A stretch of DNA of 64,000 bases from contig JAUWOR010000006.1 in the NCBI GenBank assembly GCA_030612025.1, positions 26,043-90,042 of the forward strand, given 5' to 3'. A program made the translations under genes and the position numbers. Positions 28,092 through 41,126 of this stretch are shown here, piece by piece (the stretch's first letter is position 1; the number at the start of each line of letters is the position of its first letter). The stretch is from Dehalococcoidia bacterium (GTDB lineage: Bacteria; Chloroflexota; Dehalococcoidia; GIF9; AB-539-J10). The notes under the pieces are model-generated. The model had not been told where the DNA came from, made no database searches, and worked only from the letters and a program-made list of their open reading frames with translations.

Positions 28092-29186
28092 CTACGAAGT
28101 CTGAGCTTGCTCGTGGTTCCACAGACCTACTTGAGGTTGACAAACCTTTTTATAAGGCAAACCCAAGTGTTCGTAAGCAAGCCTCGTAGCTGCTCTACCG
28201 CGGGGTGTACGGTCCAAAAAGCCTAACTGAAGAAGATAGGGTTCGTAAACATCCATAATAGTATCAGCCTCTTCACTAATAGAGGCAGCGATGGTATCTA
28301 GACCTACAGGTCCACCATCAAATTTATCAATTATTGTATGGAGCACCCTGCGATCCACATCGTCCAAGCCTACAGAGTCTATTTCGAGTTTTGAAAGCCC
28401 CTCCAGAGCTACTTCCCTAGTAATCACCCCATCCGCCATGACCTGAGCATAATCCCGCAGTCGCTTTAGGAGACGATTAGCCACCCGTGGCGTGCCTCTA
28501 GCACGCCGAGCAACTTGAACAAGCCCCTCCCCCTCCACTGGCACCTTAAGAATGGCTGAAGAGCGCTTTAGAATCATCTCTATCGCCGACTTATCATAGA
28601 AATCAAGGTGATATATCGCTCCGAATCTGTCGCGAAGTGGGGGACTCAATAAGGCGAAGCGAGTGGTGGCTCCAATTAAGGTGAAATGGGGTAAATTCAA
28701 GCGCAAACTCCTGGCTGCTGGACCTTTACCCAGAAAGATATCAAAAACGAAGTCCTCCATTGCTGGATAGAGCTTCTCTTCTACGATGCGACTAAGCCGA
28801 TGAACCTCATCAAGGAAAAGAATATCGCCCTCGCGCAGGTTAGTTAGAATAGCTGCCAAATCTCCGGGGCGTTCTATCGCTGGCCCTGAACTAACTTTAA
28901 TATTGACCCCCATCTCAGCAGCAATGATGTAAGCAAGGGTAGTCTTTCCTAAACCAGGAGGCCCATAGAGGAGGATATGATCTAGAGACTCTTGCCTTTT
29001 CTGAGCAGCAGCAATAGCTATTTTCAAGTTCTCCTTAACTTTTTCTTGACCTACAAATCCACTGAGGCGCTTGGGGCGAAGGTTTAAATCGATAGGTATA
29101 TCCTCACTAGCCGGTTTGCCAGAAACCACACGGCCCTCGTCAGATAAAGGGGAGTGTGGCGAGGACATCCCTTGAACATTTGACAT
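28092..29186 (-). CDS. ruvB: Holliday junction DNA helicase RuvB
   Basis: 364 aa. The AAA+ Walker A ([11 protein letters not shown]) and Walker B (LFLDEVHR) are present, along with the winged-helix C-terminus. Confidence 0.9.
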   Translation of the reverse strand: MSNVQGMSSPHSPLSDEGRVVSGKPASEDIPIDLNLRPKRLSGFVGQEKVKENLKIAIAAAQKRQESLDHILLYGPPGLGKTTLAYIIAAEMGVNIKVSSGPAIERPGDLAAILTNLREGDILFLDEVHRLSRIVEEKLYPAMEDFVFDIFLGKGPAARSLRLNLPHFTLIGATTRFALLSPPLRDRFGAIYHLDFYDKSAIEMILKRSSAILKVPVEGEGLVQVARRARGTPRVANRLLKRLRDYAQVMADGVITREVALEGLSKLEIDSVGLDDVDRRVLHTIIDKFDGGPVGLDTIAASISEEADTIMDVYEPYLLQLGFLDRTPRGRAATRLAYEHLGLPYKKVCQPQVGLWNHEQAQTS

Positions 29187-29207
29187 AATGCCGTTCCTTT
29201 ATTATTG

Positions 29208-32200
29208 TTAGGGGGTAATCTGGGTATCTAGCTGCAAGCTTGTCGTCTTAGTTTCCTCATGTCCCTCACCAGATAAGGGATAGGAGGGCCTTCCTTCACT
29301 CTCATCCAGCACCCGAGCTGGAATAAGCTTGCCCAGAATAACATTTTCCTTAAGTCCACGAAGTTTATCTACCTTGCCTTTGGTCGCCGCATCAGTAAGC
29401 ACTCGCCCAGTCTCTTGGAAAGAAGCAGAAGCTAACCAGCTATCCTTGCTTAAGCTGGCTCTAGTTATCCCTAAAAGAACAGCTTGTGCGGTTGCTGGCT
29501 CACCCCCCTCAGCTAGCACCTTAGCATTTACCTCTTCATAATCAAAGCGATCAATCATCTCGCCCGACAGGAACTCTGTATCACCCGAGGAAATAATTCC
29601 CACTTTTCTCAACATCTGACAAGCGATGATAGCAATATGCTTATCATGTATGTTCACCCCTTGAGAGCGATATACTTTTTGTATTTCATCGATTAAATGC
29701 CTCTGCACTGCTTCTTTCCCTATAATTTGTAATATATCATGTGGGTCAATGATCCCCTCAGCAAGTTGTTCACCGGCTTTAACCTTGCTCCCTGTTTTAA
29801 CAAGTAACCTTGTGCCATGTGGAACAATGTATTCTCTTTCCTCCCTTTCCTCATATTTGATATAAAAACGGCCATCTTCAATAACGACTTCACCAGCAAC
29901 TCTAGCCACTATAGGTCGTTGTTCAGCTATTGCCGGCAACTGCATGTCCCTTTCCTCAGTCTCCTCTGAAGGAGGGACAGGATGAAGCAGGATAGTGCCA
30001 ACATCAACTAATTGTCCATCATCTACAGCAGCTTTCATCCCTGGTGACAATTCATATTCATCAAGACAAAATTCAGAGCTAGTAATCCTGACCTTGTTTC
30101 CCTCATCTGTATCAATTACCTCAACATTGCCATCAATTTCAGAAATAATGGCACTACCCTTCGGTATTCTAGCTTCAAAAAGTTCCTCTACCCGCGGCAG
30201 CCCACTGGTGATATCAGTACCAACTACACCACCTGTATGGAAAGTACGCAAGGTAAGCTGAGTGCCCGGTTCGCCAATGCTTTGAGCGGCAATAATGCCT
30301 ACGGCGGTACGAGGATTTACTAACCGTCCTCTAGATAGATCCCTACCATAGCAGCACTGACAAACTCCAAATCGAGAGCGACAGCTAAGGGGTGACCTCA
30401 CATATACTTGATTGATGCCAGCCTTGATAATTCGTTTCACCCTTTCCTCATCGATTTCTTCATCGCGATCAACAATAACCTTGCCCGTAGCTGGGTCAAC
30501 AATTTGACTTGCTGCTAGATAGCCAATAATCCGTTCACCCAACGAAGGCAAAGAGCCTCCCCTATCCTCCCCTGATATCCAAACTCCTTCAGTGGTGCCA
30601 CAATCCCTCTCAGCTACAATGACATTTTGGGCCACATCTATGAGACGCCGAGTAAGATAACCGCTATCTGACGTCCTCAAGGCGGTATCAGCCAATCCTT
30701 TGCGAGCACCATGGGTAGAAATAAAATATTCCATAGGGGACAGCCCATCTCGGAAGCTTGACCTAATGGGAAAGTCCATTATCTTCCCTGACGGATCGGT
30801 CATCAATCCGCGCATTCCTGCTAGCTGCCTAATCTGGGAGATATTACCCTTTGCTCCCGATGTAGCCATCATGTAGATCCCACCATAGCGGTCTAAGGAT
30901 TGAGATACATCCTCAGTAACTTTATCTGTGGTCTCCATCCATACTTGAACTACACTCTCATAACGTTCGTCCTCAGTAATGAAGCCACGGTTAAATTGAT
31001 CTTCAGCCATACTAACTAGCTTATCAGCCTCCTTAAGAAGCTTAGCTTTTCCCGGGGGCTCTATTATATCGTTCATGGCAATAGAAATCCCTGACTTCGT
31101 GGCATAGGAGAAGCCTAATTGCTTAAGATTGTCAAGGACAGCAGCAGTAGTTTCATTGCCTAATAAACGAATGCAATCAGATACCAGAGTCCTCAAGGCA
31201 GCTTTATCTGCTACTTCATTGTAAAAACGAAGCTGCGGGGGCAAAGCATCGTTGAATAAAATCCGTCCCACTGTAGTCTTTATCCGCTCTCCTTGCTTAT
31301 CACCACCTTGCACCTCGATCTCGGCACAAAGATCAATTATGCCCAATTCGTAAGCTAGTTTGGCCTCATCGAAATTGCTGAAAATTTTTCCTTCCCCTCT
31401 AGCCCCGGCCTTAATGACAGTAAGATAATAGCAACCAAACACCATATCAAGGCTGGGCACTGTTGTCGGCTCACCACAACTTGGTAGCAACATATTGTTG
31501 GGGCTGAGCAACTGCTCTCTTGCTTCCCTCACTGCCATCTTGGATAAGGGTACATGAACCGCCATCTGATCACCATCAAAATCAGCATTAAAGGCAGTGC
31601 AAACCAAGGGATGAAGTTGAAAGGCACTCCCATCAATTAAGACCGGCTCAAAGGCTTGAATGCTCAACCGATGTAATGTAGGGGCACGATTAAGCAATAC
31701 TGGGCGTTCTTTAACCACTTCACTAAGTAAATCCCAAACCTCAGGGCTGGCTCTCTCCACTTGGCGTCGAGCAATCTTTACATTATTAGCATAACCCTTC
31801 TCTATAAGCTTATGCATAACGAAAGGTTTAAATAACTCTAAGGCTATATGCCGTGGCAAACCACATTGATGAAGCTTAAGATCGGGACAAACAACAATGA
31901 CCGAGCGCCCACTGTAGTCTACTCGCTTGCCCAAGAGATTTTGCCGAAACCGCCCCTGCTTCCCCTTCAACATAGCTGAGAGAGATTTCAAAACATGATT
32001 ATTGCCAGTAGTAACTGCACGCCCCCTCCGTCCATTATCAATGAGGGCATCAACAGCTTCCTGCAGCATACGTTTTTCATTACGAATAATGGCTTCGGGG
32101 GCTCCTAACCCTATAAGACGGCGGAGACGATTATTACGGTTAATGACACGCCGATAAAGGTCATTAAGGTCACTAATAACGAAACGACCGCCATCTAGCT

Positions 32201-33143
32201 GGACTACAGGACGAAGTGCCGGTGGTAGTACTGGAAGCACAGTTAAAATAACCCATTCAGGTTTGTTTCCACTAAGCCTGAAGGCTTTGACTAACTGTAA
32301 CCTTTTGCTAATCTTCTTGTGGGACTGCCCAGAGGCGGTGCGCATTTCTTCAAGGAGTTCCTGATGTAACTTCTCTATATCAATTTTCTTCAGAATCTCT
32401 AGAATAGCTTCAGCACCCATACTAGCTTCAAAAATATCACCATATTTATCCTTAAATTCTTGGTATCCCTCCTCATTAAGCAGCTTCAATGGCTTAAGAT
32501 TTTCTATCTCTCCCTTTTTTACCTTCAGTTCCTCTTCAAGTCCCGTTTTCCGCTCTGCAAATTTAGCACGGAGCTGATTCACTTCCTTCGCTATAGTCTC
32601 CTCATCCACTTCAGCTTTAACCTGCAATTCTTCAACTTCCCTGTTTACACGCTCCTCCTCTTCAGCAATCCTTCGAGACGTTTCTTCCTCAAGCTGATGA
32701 ACCTTCCCTTGGCGAGCTTCCTCATTGACTGAGGTAATGATATATCGGGCAAAATAGATGACCGATTCTAAGTTTCGTGGAGAGAGATTGAGAAGAAGGC
32801 CAAGCCGACTAGACACCAATTTGACAAACCAAATATGAGTCACTGGGGCAGCTAACTCGATATGCCCCATACGCTCCCGGCGTACGCTGGAATGAGCTAT
32901 CTCAACTCCACACTTATCGCAAATAACGCCTTTGTATCTTACTTTTTTGTATTTGCCACAATGACACTCGAAGTCCTTGGTAGGACCGAAGATCCTCTCA
33001 CAAAAGAGACCGTCTCTTTCCGGCTTCAGAGTACGGTAATTTATCGTCTCCGCTTTAGTCACCTCACCATGAGACCAACTCCTGATTTGATCCGGTGAGG
33101 CAAGACTTATTCCTATACCACTCAGCTCGTCAAATTGAACCAT
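29208..33143 (-). CDS. rpoC: DNA-directed RNA polymerase subunit beta'
   Basis: 1311 aa. The zinc-finger Cys motif, NADFDGD and trigger-loop signatures are present. Confidence 0.95.
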   Translation of the reverse strand: MVQFDELSGIGISLASPDQIRSWSHGEVTKAETINYRTLKPERDGLFCERIFGPTKDFECHCGKYKKVRYKGVICDKCGVEIAHSSVRRERMGHIELAAPVTHIWFVKLVSSRLGLLLNLSPRNLESVIYFARYIITSVNEEARQGKVHQLEEETSRRIAEEEERVNREVEELQVKAEVDEETIAKEVNQLRAKFAERKTGLEEELKVKKGEIENLKPLKLLNEEGYQEFKDKYGDIFEASMGAEAILEILKKIDIEKLHQELLEEMRTASGQSHKKISKRLQLVKAFRLSGNKPEWVILTVLPVLPPALRPVVQLDGGRFVISDLNDLYRRVINRNNRLRRLIGLGAPEAIIRNEKRMLQEAVDALIDNGRRGRAVTTGNNHVLKSLSAMLKGKQGRFRQNLLGKRVDYSGRSVIVVCPDLKLHQCGLPRHIALELFKPFVMHKLIEKGYANNVKIARRQVERASPEVWDLLSEVVKERPVLLNRAPTLHRLSIQAFEPVLIDGSAFQLHPLVCTAFNADFDGDQMAVHVPLSKMAVREAREQLLSPNNMLLPSCGEPTTVPSLDMVFGCYYLTVIKAGARGEGKIFSNFDEAKLAYELGIIDLCAEIEVQGGDKQGERIKTTVGRILFNDALPPQLRFYNEVADKAALRTLVSDCIRLLGNETTAAVLDNLKQLGFSYATKSGISIAMNDIIEPPGKAKLLKEADKLVSMAEDQFNRGFITEDERYESVVQVWMETTDKVTEDVSQSLDRYGGIYMMATSGAKGNISQIRQLAGMRGLMTDPSGKIMDFPIRSSFRDGLSPMEYFISTHGARKGLADTALRTSDSGYLTRRLIDVAQNVIVAERDCGTTEGVWISGEDRGGSLPSLGERIIGYLAASQIVDPATGKVIVDRDEEIDEERVKRIIKAGINQVYVRSPLSCRSRFGVCQCCYGRDLSRGRLVNPRTAVGIIAAQSIGEPGTQLTLRTFHTGGVVGTDITSGLPRVEELFEARIPKGSAIISEIDGNVEVIDTDEGNKVRITSSEFCLDEYELSPGMKAAVDDGQLVDVGTILLHPVPPSEETEERDMQLPAIAEQRPIVARVAGEVVIEDGRFYIKYEEREEREYIVPHGTRLLVKTGSKVKAGEQLAEGIIDPHDILQIIGKEAVQRHLIDEIQKVYRSQGVNIHDKHIAIIACQMLRKVGIISSGDTEFLSGEMIDRFDYEEVNAKVLAEGGEPATAQAVLLGITRASLSKDSWLASASFQETGRVLTDAATKGKVDKLRGLKENVILGKLIPARVLDESEGRPSYPLSGEGHEETKTTSLQLDTQITP

Positions 33144-33172
33144 CTTTGTTTATCACCTCACGTCCCTCGCCA

Positions 33173-33262
33173 GATAAAGGATAAGAAAATCAAAAATCAA
33201 ACATCAAAAGTCAAAATCACAGATTTATTTTTGCATTTTTATCTTTGACTTTCCGCCTCGTC
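33173..33262 (-). promoter_or_regulatory. hairpin plus tandem TGATTTT repeat element between rpoB and rpoC
   Basis: The minus-strand sequence reads aaagtcaaag...ctttgacttt (a 9-bp stem) and then tgatgtttgatttttgatttt. A related element lies at 56941-57051. Confidence 0.45.
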
Positions 33263-33272
33263 ACCTCTATAC

Positions 33273-36200
33273 TTATAATCTAGCTTTAAATTTTGGCTTT
33301 ACCTCGGCGAAGAAATTTATTTTCTCCTCATCTTCATTGAGTAGCTCAACAGCAAAACCCAAGCTACGTAGTTCCATAAACAAAACTTTACACGACTCCG
33401 GGACACCAAGTTGATAGATATCTTCACCTTTAATAATAGCCTCGTAGGTTTTGGCTCGACCCATCACATCATCCGACTTTACAGTAAGCATTTCTTGAAG
33501 CATATGTGCGGCACCATAGCCTTCCAACGCCCATACCTCCATCTCACCAAAGCGCTGACCACCAAATTGAGCTTTCCCACCCAAAGGCTGCTGCGTGATG
33601 AGTGAATATGGACCGGTAGAGCGAGCATGCGCTTTATCTTCCACAAGGTGTAGCAACTTCATCATGTAGACATTGCCTATGGTTATTGGTTGGTCAAAGG
33701 ATTCACCAGTCCTTCCATCACGAAGCTCTATCTTGCCAAAGATAGGTGGATAAAGCCTTCGCTCTTCATAAAATCTTTTTGCCATCTGCTCCAAATCATC
33801 GTCACTTAGATCTCGCACATTCATGCCCAATTCCTCAAGCCACAAACAAAGGGAAGCCCTTTTAGCCCTTCCTCGATATTTTTCATCCATTATTTCCTCA
33901 GCAGTAAAACCATGCTGGGCTAGCCATGTCTTGATCTTCTCCTGATTAGCTGCTATTGAGTTTTCTGAGTTAAGGCTAACAGCGCCGGCTTCCCAAGCTA
34001 TCCAGGCCCTAGCTAAAGCATCCTCAATAGCTACGGCATCAGCTCCATCAAAAACTGGATTAATTGCTCTAAAACCCAATACATGGGCTGCCCAACCCAA
34101 ATGAGCCTCTAAGACTTGTCCAATATTCATACGGGATGGAACGCCCAGCGGATTAAGAATAATATCCACAGGTGTGCCATCAGGCAGAAATGGCATGTCT
34201 TCCTCAGGCACTATGATGGAGATAACCCCTTTATTGCCATGCCTGCCTGACACTTTATCACCGACTGAGATCTTGCGTTTTTGGGCAACCCACACTCGCA
34301 CAATCTTATTAACTCCCGCCGACAATTCATCATGCTTATCACGGGAGAAGACTCTTGTATCAATCACTCTCCCCCACCCTCCAGGCGATACCTTGAGAGA
34401 GCTATCCTTCACCTCACGCACCTTCTCCCCAAAAATAGCTCGTAGTAATTTCTCCTCTGCTGAAGGCTCAGTCTCACCTTTGGGGGTGATCTTCCCTACC
34501 AAGATATTGCCAGCGCTTACCTCAGCACCAATACGGATAATGCCCTGCTCATCAAGATCACTCAGGCTTTCCTCACTTACATTGGGTATATCCCTGGTGA
34601 TTTCCTCCGGTCCAAGCTTTGTATCTCGCGCCTCTATTTCATACTTCTCAATGTGGATAGAGGTATAGGTATCGTCTTTAACCAGCCTTTCACTGATGAT
34701 AACGGCATCTTCAAAATTATACCCTCGCCAGCTCATAAAGGCACAGGTAACATTCTGCCCCAAGGCAAGTCCTCCATCATCGATTGCGGTACTGTTTACT
34801 AAGACTTGACCCTTTTTAACCCTATCTCCCTTGTTTACTATGGGATATTGGTTAATACACGTTCCTTGATTAGTTCTGACGAACTTAATTAGCTCGTAAA
34901 CATGATTTTTGCCCCTCTCATCTTCAATTACAATTTGCGAGCTGGTTGCGGAAGTCACTACACCATCTTCGGGAGCAAATATCACTTGTCCGCTGTATTT
35001 AGCTACTTCCCTCTCCATCCCCGTGGCCACTAAGGGAGCCCGAGGGCGTAGCAGCGGTACTGCCTGGCGCTGCATATTCGAGCCCATTAAAGCGCGATTA
35101 GCATCATCATGCTCCAGAAATGGAATAAGCGAGGCAGATACACTGAATATCTGCTTCGGGGAAACGTCCATGAAATCTATTTTGTCTGCCGCTTCCTTAA
35201 AATACTTGCTCCCCATCTTAACCTCAATTTTTTCTTCCGCAAACTCATTCCTCTCATTTAGAGGAACCTTAGCCTGAGCAATGGCATATTGATCCTCCTC
35301 ATCAGCGGTTAGATAAGTAACTTGATTGGAAACGAAAGGAACCACTTTGATAGTTTGCGTAGAAAGCGAAGCTAACTTTTGCGCCACCTCTTCTGTAACT
35401 AATATGCCAGATTTAGCTATAAGACAGCCTTCATTATCCACTATATCCTCTCGGATCGTCCTCCCTAATAACTCTGATACAGCATTAGGAACTTCATGGA
35501 TAACTCTGCGATACGGAGTTTCCACAAAACCATATTTATTAATTGAAGCATAAATAGCTAGAGAGCCGATCAAACCGATATTAGGACCCTCAGGCGTCTC
35601 TATGGGGCAAATTCTTCCGTAATGGGAATGATGCACATCACGAACTTCAAAGCCAGCCCGCTGCCTAGAGAGCCCACCAGGACCGGTAGCAGATAGGCGA
35701 CGCTTATGAGTCAGTTCGGCTAACGGATTAGTTTGATCCATAAACTGTGATAATTGAGACCGACCAAAAAAATCCCTCATAGTAGCTACTATAGGACGAA
35801 TATTGATCAAAGTAGAAGGAGTTGCTTCAGGACCAAGGATGCTCATCCGCTCTTTAATAGCTCTCTCTAAATGGAATAACCCAATCCGAAATTGATTTTG
35901 TGTCAGAAAACCTACGGTATGTGCTCGCCGATTGCCTAAGTGGTCAATATCATCAGAAGTCTCTTTGCCATTATTGATCAAAATAATGTGGCGCACTATC
36001 TGCACTATATCTTCAGGTTTTAAGCCAAGATAATCCTTAGGGACGTTAACCCCTAACTTCTTATTAAGCTTGTAGCGGCCAACCTCGCCTAAGCTATAGC
36101 GCCGAGGATTGAATAGGAAATTCTTCAGCAACGTTTGGGCACTATCGAGGCTAGGAGGCACACCAGAGGATAATTTGCGATAAACATCAACTAACGCTTC

Positions 36201-36911
36201 AGCTTTGCTCCTAATCAAAGGGTCTCGCTCTATTGTGGACCGAATAAAAGAATGGTCAGGAGCGTCATCTACGTCTTGGAAAAGAGCTAATAAAGCATCA
36301 TCGCTACCAAAGCCTATAGCGCGTAACAAAGTGGTAACAGGTATTTTCCGTTTCCCATTCACTTTGACTGAAATCACATCACGACCGGAAGTATCAAAAT
36401 CAAGCCATGCCCCGCGCTCAGCAACCAGCTTAGCAAAGCATAACTCTCGTTTTCCCACACTATCCTTCTCTAAAGTAAAGTAAACGCCTGGAAAGCGGGT
36501 CAACTGGCTGACTACTACCCGCTCCGCTCCAGAAATAATAAAAGTGCCTTTGTCCGTCATCAAAGGAAAATCGCCAAAAAATAACTCCTGTTGCTTAATC
36601 TCACCTGTCCCTTTAGCCACTAGACGAACTAAAACATGGAGAGGCGAGGAATAAGTCATACCTCGCTCAAGGCACTCTTCGATGGAATGCTCAGGCTCAC
36701 GAAACTCATAATCGGAAAAATATAGCTCCCCCCTAGTACCAGTATAATCCTGGATAGGCGAAATCTCCTCAAATAGCTTCTTCAGACCTTCTTCCTGAAA
36801 CCAATGAAAGGAATCAAGCTGAACTCGAATTAGGTCAGGTACCTCTACCATCTCAGGCAACTTAGCAAAAGATTTCACTAACACGTGCTTAGACATCAAC
36901 GAAACAGCCAT
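33273..36911 (-). CDS. rpoB: DNA-directed RNA polymerase subunit beta
   Basis: 1212 aa with conserved RpoB blocks throughout. Confidence 0.95.
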   Translation of the reverse strand: MAVSLMSKHVLVKSFAKLPEMVEVPDLIRVQLDSFHWFQEEGLKKLFEEISPIQDYTGTRGELYFSDYEFREPEHSIEECLERGMTYSSPLHVLVRLVAKGTGEIKQQELFFGDFPLMTDKGTFIISGAERVVVSQLTRFPGVYFTLEKDSVGKRELCFAKLVAERGAWLDFDTSGRDVISVKVNGKRKIPVTTLLRAIGFGSDDALLALFQDVDDAPDHSFIRSTIERDPLIRSKAEALVDVYRKLSSGVPPSLDSAQTLLKNFLFNPRRYSLGEVGRYKLNKKLGVNVPKDYLGLKPEDIVQIVRHIILINNGKETSDDIDHLGNRRAHTVGFLTQNQFRIGLFHLERAIKERMSILGPEATPSTLINIRPIVATMRDFFGRSQLSQFMDQTNPLAELTHKRRLSATGPGGLSRQRAGFEVRDVHHSHYGRICPIETPEGPNIGLIGSLAIYASINKYGFVETPYRRVIHEVPNAVSELLGRTIREDIVDNEGCLIAKSGILVTEEVAQKLASLSTQTIKVVPFVSNQVTYLTADEEDQYAIAQAKVPLNERNEFAEEKIEVKMGSKYFKEAADKIDFMDVSPKQIFSVSASLIPFLEHDDANRALMGSNMQRQAVPLLRPRAPLVATGMEREVAKYSGQVIFAPEDGVVTSATSSQIVIEDERGKNHVYELIKFVRTNQGTCINQYPIVNKGDRVKKGQVLVNSTAIDDGGLALGQNVTCAFMSWRGYNFEDAVIISERLVKDDTYTSIHIEKYEIEARDTKLGPEEITRDIPNVSEESLSDLDEQGIIRIGAEVSAGNILVGKITPKGETEPSAEEKLLRAIFGEKVREVKDSSLKVSPGGWGRVIDTRVFSRDKHDELSAGVNKIVRVWVAQKRKISVGDKVSGRHGNKGVISIIVPEEDMPFLPDGTPVDIILNPLGVPSRMNIGQVLEAHLGWAAHVLGFRAINPVFDGADAVAIEDALARAWIAWEAGAVSLNSENSIAANQEKIKTWLAQHGFTAEEIMDEKYRGRAKRASLCLWLEELGMNVRDLSDDDLEQMAKRFYEERRLYPPIFGKIELRDGRTGESFDQPITIGNVYMMKLLHLVEDKAHARSTGPYSLITQQPLGGKAQFGGQRFGEMEVWALEGYGAAHMLQEMLTVKSDDVMGRAKTYEAIIKGEDIYQLGVPESCKVLFMELRSLGFAVELLNEDEEKINFFAEVKPKFKARL

Positions 36912-37181
36912 AATCTTTTCTCCTCAAAACAAAAGTGAAACCTAATCTTTGTAAGGCATTTAAACTGTAAGATGTTCACTAGAGGAAAATTTAAAGCTAA
37001 TAAGAAGGAGGGGAAGGGCAATAAACATAACGCAAACTTATAATCTAACATTAATAAAATATTTTGTCAAGTCCCAGGGACCTAAAAACAGCGATTGAAA
37101 AAATTTTTGCCACCCAGATGCCACCATAGTCCTCAAAATTGTCCCAGAGGCTAGCGATAGGTTGCTATATTTATACCCAAA

Positions 37182-39728
37182 TTATTTCTCCTTGGCCACT
37201 CGTTTGAGTTCATAAAGCTTGCCAATAGCTTCTAAGGGCGACATGGAATCAATGTCGAGTTTAGCAATCTCATCGGCTAATAAAGAGTCTTTCGGGAAAA
37301 GGGAAAGTTGCTGTGCTTTCCGCCGAAGGGTCTTGCTTTTCTTGGAAGCATGGCTCTCTTCCAACTCAATTAAAACTTCCTGAGCTCGATTAATCACCGA
37401 TCTTGGCAAGCCAGCTAGCTGAGCCACATGAATACCATAACTCCTGTCAGTGCCTCCGGGAACAATTTTATGCAAAAAGACGACCTTGTCCCCCTCTCCA
37501 GCCACAGCCACATTGAAGTTTTTCACCCTGGGCAAGGTATTAGCTAAATCCACCAACTCATGATAGTGGGTGGCAAAAAGAGTTTTTGCGCCTAGCCTGG
37601 GTGACCCATGAATAAACTCAGCCACTGCCCAAGCGATGGAAAGCCCATCGTAAGTGCTCGTACCCCGCCCAATTTCGTCCAAGATGACCAAAGAACGAGG
37701 AGTGGCATTATGTAAGATATTTGCCGTCTCGGTCATCTCCACCATGAAAGTAGACTGCCCGGCAGCTAAGTCTTCTTGAGCGCCAATTCGGGTGAAGATG
37801 CGGTCAATAATACCAATGGTGGCAGAATCCGCAGGAACAAAGCTGCCTATTTGAGCCAAAAGAACTATCAAGGCTACCTGTCTCAAATAAGTGGATTTCC
37901 CCGACATGTTTGGACCGGTAAGTATGATAAGTTGGTTATCCTTATTACATAAGTAAGTGTCGTTGGGGATAAAATTATCGCTACCTATACTTCTCTCCAC
38001 TATAGGATGGCGCCCTCCTTTAATATCTATGATATCTCCGGTAGTTAATTTTGGCCTAACATAGGCATAGCGTGCTGCCACCTCAGCAAGCCCACAGAAG
38101 GTATCAATCTGGGCGATAGCCCTGGCGGTAGCCAAAATTTGCTCACCAGCAGCACCTATTTGCTGACAAACTTGTCGAAAAATGGCACTCTCTAGGTCAG
38201 CCATCTTTTCCTGTGAAGTTAAGATCAGCGACTCATATTCCTTAAGCTCGGGAGTAAAAAACCTTTCCGCTTCCGCCAATGTTTGCTTGCGGATGTAATC
38301 ATGAGGAACCACCTTGAGATTAGCCCGAGAGACCTCAATATAATAGCCAAACACCCTGTTGTAACCTACCTTTAAGGATTTAATTCCTGTGCGCTGCCTT
38401 TCTCTCTGCTCCAGGCTAGCCAGATGCTGCTTAGCCTCCTTTGAGTTGTGGCGAAGCTCATCTAATTCAGGGGAGAAACCTTCCTTTATTACTCCACCTT
38501 GCTCAAAATCCCCAGGTTCATCGGCGATAGATTGCCTAATTAAATCCACAATGTCAGGGCAAGGCTTCAATTTGGCTGCTAACCAATCTACAAACTCTCC
38601 GACTTCCATCACTGCCTTTAGTTCAGGTATCTTCTCCAAGCTAGAGCGTAGCGTTATTAGCTCTCGGGGCATGACTTTGCCACTTCTGACCCGATTAATT
38701 AAGCGTTCCAAGTCAGCAATATCTGCCAGAAGTGTCACAGCTTTATGGCGAGCCAAAGTGTTGTGATAAAACCAGGCGACAGCTTCTTGGCGTTGATTCA
38801 ACTCTACTGTGTCAACAAGGGGATGCCCGAGCCAACTTTTCAGCAGTCTGCCACCCATAGCCGTCTTGGTTAAGTCAACAATGGAAAGAAGCGAGTTGCT
38901 GGTCGCTCCCCACCTGCCACCCTGAAAAAGCTCCAAGTTGCGGCATGTTTGACCATCGAGGACCATGAAGGAATCTGTAGAGTAGGTGGTGAGACTGGTT
39001 AGCTGTGACAGGGCTTCCTTTTGGGTCTCTCTGACATAATGGATTAATGAGCCCGCAGCCCTTATGGCTAAAGGCAAATGGGCACAGCCATAGCCCTCCA
39101 GAGTAGCCACGCCAAAATGTTCCAATAAAGCTTGTTGAGCAATTTCCAAATCAAACCAATAGTCATCAAGCTTAGTGATAGTGAATGGCAATTGACCATA
39201 ATCATTGGCATTCTCAGAAATAAGAAGCTCGCTTGGCTGAAGACGTTCCAATTCAGGGAGAATCCTACCAGCAGGAAGCTGAGTAGTAGCAAACTCGCTT
39301 GTAGTTATATCAACATAGGCAATTCCTGCCTTCTCATCCTCAACAACTAAACTAGCCAGATAGTTATTGCTCTTACTTTCAAGTAGGTTAGGCTCAATCA
39401 CTGTTCCTGGCGTCACGACCCGGATAACATCTCTTTCCACCAACCCTTTGCCTGGAGGGCTAAGCTGCTCACAAATAGCCACCTTGTAGCCCCGGTTGAT
39501 GAGCCTGGCTAAATAATTATCTAAAGCATGATGAGGTATCCCCGCCATGGGCACTTTGTGCCCCTTACCCATCCCACGAGAGGTTAAGACAATATCCAGC
39601 TCCTTAGAAGCAACTCTGGCATCTTCATCAAAGGTCTCATAAAAGTCGCCCAATCGAAAGAAAACTATAGCCTCAGGATACCTCTGCTTAACCCTGAGAT
39701 ACTGTTGCCTGAGTGGAGTTATCGCCAT
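37182..39728 (-). CDS. mutS: DNA mismatch repair protein MutS
   Basis: 848 aa. The Walker A is GPNMSGKST. The N-terminal mismatch-binding region has F in GDFYETF. Confidence 0.9.
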   Translation of the reverse strand: MAITPLRQQYLRVKQRYPEAIVFFRLGDFYETFDEDARVASKELDIVLTSRGMGKGHKVPMAGIPHHALDNYLARLINRGYKVAICEQLSPPGKGLVERDVIRVVTPGTVIEPNLLESKSNNYLASLVVEDEKAGIAYVDITTSEFATTQLPAGRILPELERLQPSELLISENANDYGQLPFTITKLDDYWFDLEIAQQALLEHFGVATLEGYGCAHLPLAIRAAGSLIHYVRETQKEALSQLTSLTTYSTDSFMVLDGQTCRNLELFQGGRWGATSNSLLSIVDLTKTAMGGRLLKSWLGHPLVDTVELNQRQEAVAWFYHNTLARHKAVTLLADIADLERLINRVRSGKVMPRELITLRSSLEKIPELKAVMEVGEFVDWLAAKLKPCPDIVDLIRQSIADEPGDFEQGGVIKEGFSPELDELRHNSKEAKQHLASLEQRERQRTGIKSLKVGYNRVFGYYIEVSRANLKVVPHDYIRKQTLAEAERFFTPELKEYESLILTSQEKMADLESAIFRQVCQQIGAAGEQILATARAIAQIDTFCGLAEVAARYAYVRPKLTTGDIIDIKGGRHPIVERSIGSDNFIPNDTYLCNKDNQLIILTGPNMSGKSTYLRQVALIVLLAQIGSFVPADSATIGIIDRIFTRIGAQEDLAAGQSTFMVEMTETANILHNATPRSLVILDEIGRGTSTYDGLSIAWAVAEFIHGSPRLGAKTLFATHYHELVDLANTLPRVKNFNVAVAGEGDKVVFLHKIVPGGTDRSYGIHVAQLAGLPRSVINRAQEVLIELEESHASKKSKTLRRKAQQLSLFPKDSLLADEIAKLDIDSMSPLEAIGKLYELKRVAKEK

Positions 39729-39806
39729 TGGTGCTATTTTACTACAAAGGCCTCGTTGAAACGAGTTGAGTCGTCTGTTATGATGCTCTAATTAGATACT
39801 TCTTAA

Positions 39807-40280
39807 ATGATAGAAGAAATCGGCATTCACACTGAGCAGAAATTCAAAGGTTGTGTTGATGAGGAGTGGGTCAGAAAAATAGCTCATGAGGTTCTCGAGG
39901 CTGAAGGCGTAGTTCCCCCTTACGAAGTGAGCCTGGTTTTCACCGATTCTGAGACGGTGCAAAAACTCAATCGAGACTACCGAGGCGTGGATGAGCCCAC
40001 AGATGTGCTTGCCTTCAATATGCTTCCTCAAAAAGAAACCTCTCCCCCTTTTGTTCTGCCTCCCGATGGCGTAGCTCGCCTGGGCGAGGTAATCATTTCC
40101 TATCCCCAAGCAGTGGAGCAAGCCAAGGAACAAGGGCATTCCGTTAATAAAGAGCTAGCACTGCTAATTATTCATGGCATACTTCATCTCTTAGGCTATG
40201 ACCATGAGCAACCAGAGGAAGAAGCCAAAATGAGAGCCAGGGAAAAGGAGCTTTTAGCCAGGGCTACCTCCGGGAGATAG
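39807..40280 (+). CDS. ybeY: rRNA maturation RNase YbeY
   Basis: 157 aa. The metal-binding motif HGILHLLGYDH is present. Confidence 0.85.
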   Translation: MIEEIGIHTEQKFKGCVDEEWVRKIAHEVLEAEGVVPPYEVSLVFTDSETVQKLNRDYRGVDEPTDVLAFNMLPQKETSPPFVLPPDGVARLGEVIISYPQAVEQAKEQGHSVNKELALLIIHGILHLLGYDHEQPEEEAKMRAREKELLARATSGR

Positions 40281-40587
40281 GGGGCTATGAGCAAGCCTTT
40301 TCATATACGGGGAAATATTTATATCCTCGGCAACGCTGAGATATCACTCCCATATGCTTGCCGTTTATTTAGCGAAAACACACTGACCACAAAGCTGACA
40401 TACTGTGCGAAGGGCATTTCGGCATCTACCAACCAGCAAATGAGGTTAAAGATTACATAGAAGACTATCTTTGTCAGCTCTCTACCAGGCATATGTAACT
40501 GCACAATTTGTAATATAGCTCCTTAACATTACCTCAAGCTCTTTATAATCTAGGAAATACCTAGTCATATCCTTCTTAAATTACTTT

Positions 40588-40842
40588 GAGTGGTCGAAAT
40601 GCTTCAAGTGTCTCCTTACTACCATATCCGAGGGAGAAACTACCATCCTCAAACCACGGGATGGTAGAAAGGCTTATTCGGACAATTAAAGAAGAAGAGA
40701 GCTATGTTAATGACTATCCTGCCCCTTTAGATGCTCAAAGGAAGCTTGATGTGTGATGATACACTGTAACCATGAACGCCCACACCAGACCCTGGGATAT
40801 AAAACGCCTTCAAAATTGATGATGAAAGTGGCCTACAAATAA
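40588..40842 (+). pseudogene. transposase (rve/DDE integrase core) C-terminal remnant, multiply frameshifted
   Basis: Manual translation gives ...SPYYHIRGRNYHPQTTGW / ERLIRTIKEEESYVNDYPAPLDAQRKL / NHERPHQTLGYKTPSKLMMKVAYK* across three frames. Confidence 0.55.
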
Positions 40843-41126
40843 TAAATATACTATTGGATAAGGCAGGCGGATTAGAGCCTGAACTGCAAGACTATTGCTC
40901 AAGTTTGCTGAGTATCTGAAAGGTCTTTCTACAAATGAAGAAACATAGTCTGTTTTTGCTGACTGAGCTTTATCTGCCTGCTTCATTCATACCTATTTAC
41001 ATACAATGTTAAATTTTTGTTGATATTATGTCAAAATCGTAGAACATTAACACCCATTGAATTCCATGTCTTGACAAAGGCTCAGTGTTAATAATATGCT
41101 TCACTAACTACTTTGATGTTGATTAA

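Noticed and set aside
29329-36483. Multiple antisense ORFs of 60-164 aa inside rpoC and rpoB (for example 29329-29541, 32460-32732, 34174-34668, 34909-35277).
   Set aside because: They lie wholly within and opposite to highly conserved RNA polymerase genes. They are low-complexity, Ser/Leu-rich translations typical of antisense frames.
39792-40139. A 115-aa minus-strand ORF overlapping ybeY.
   Set aside because: It is antisense to ybeY, which carries the diagnostic HGILHLLGYDH motif.
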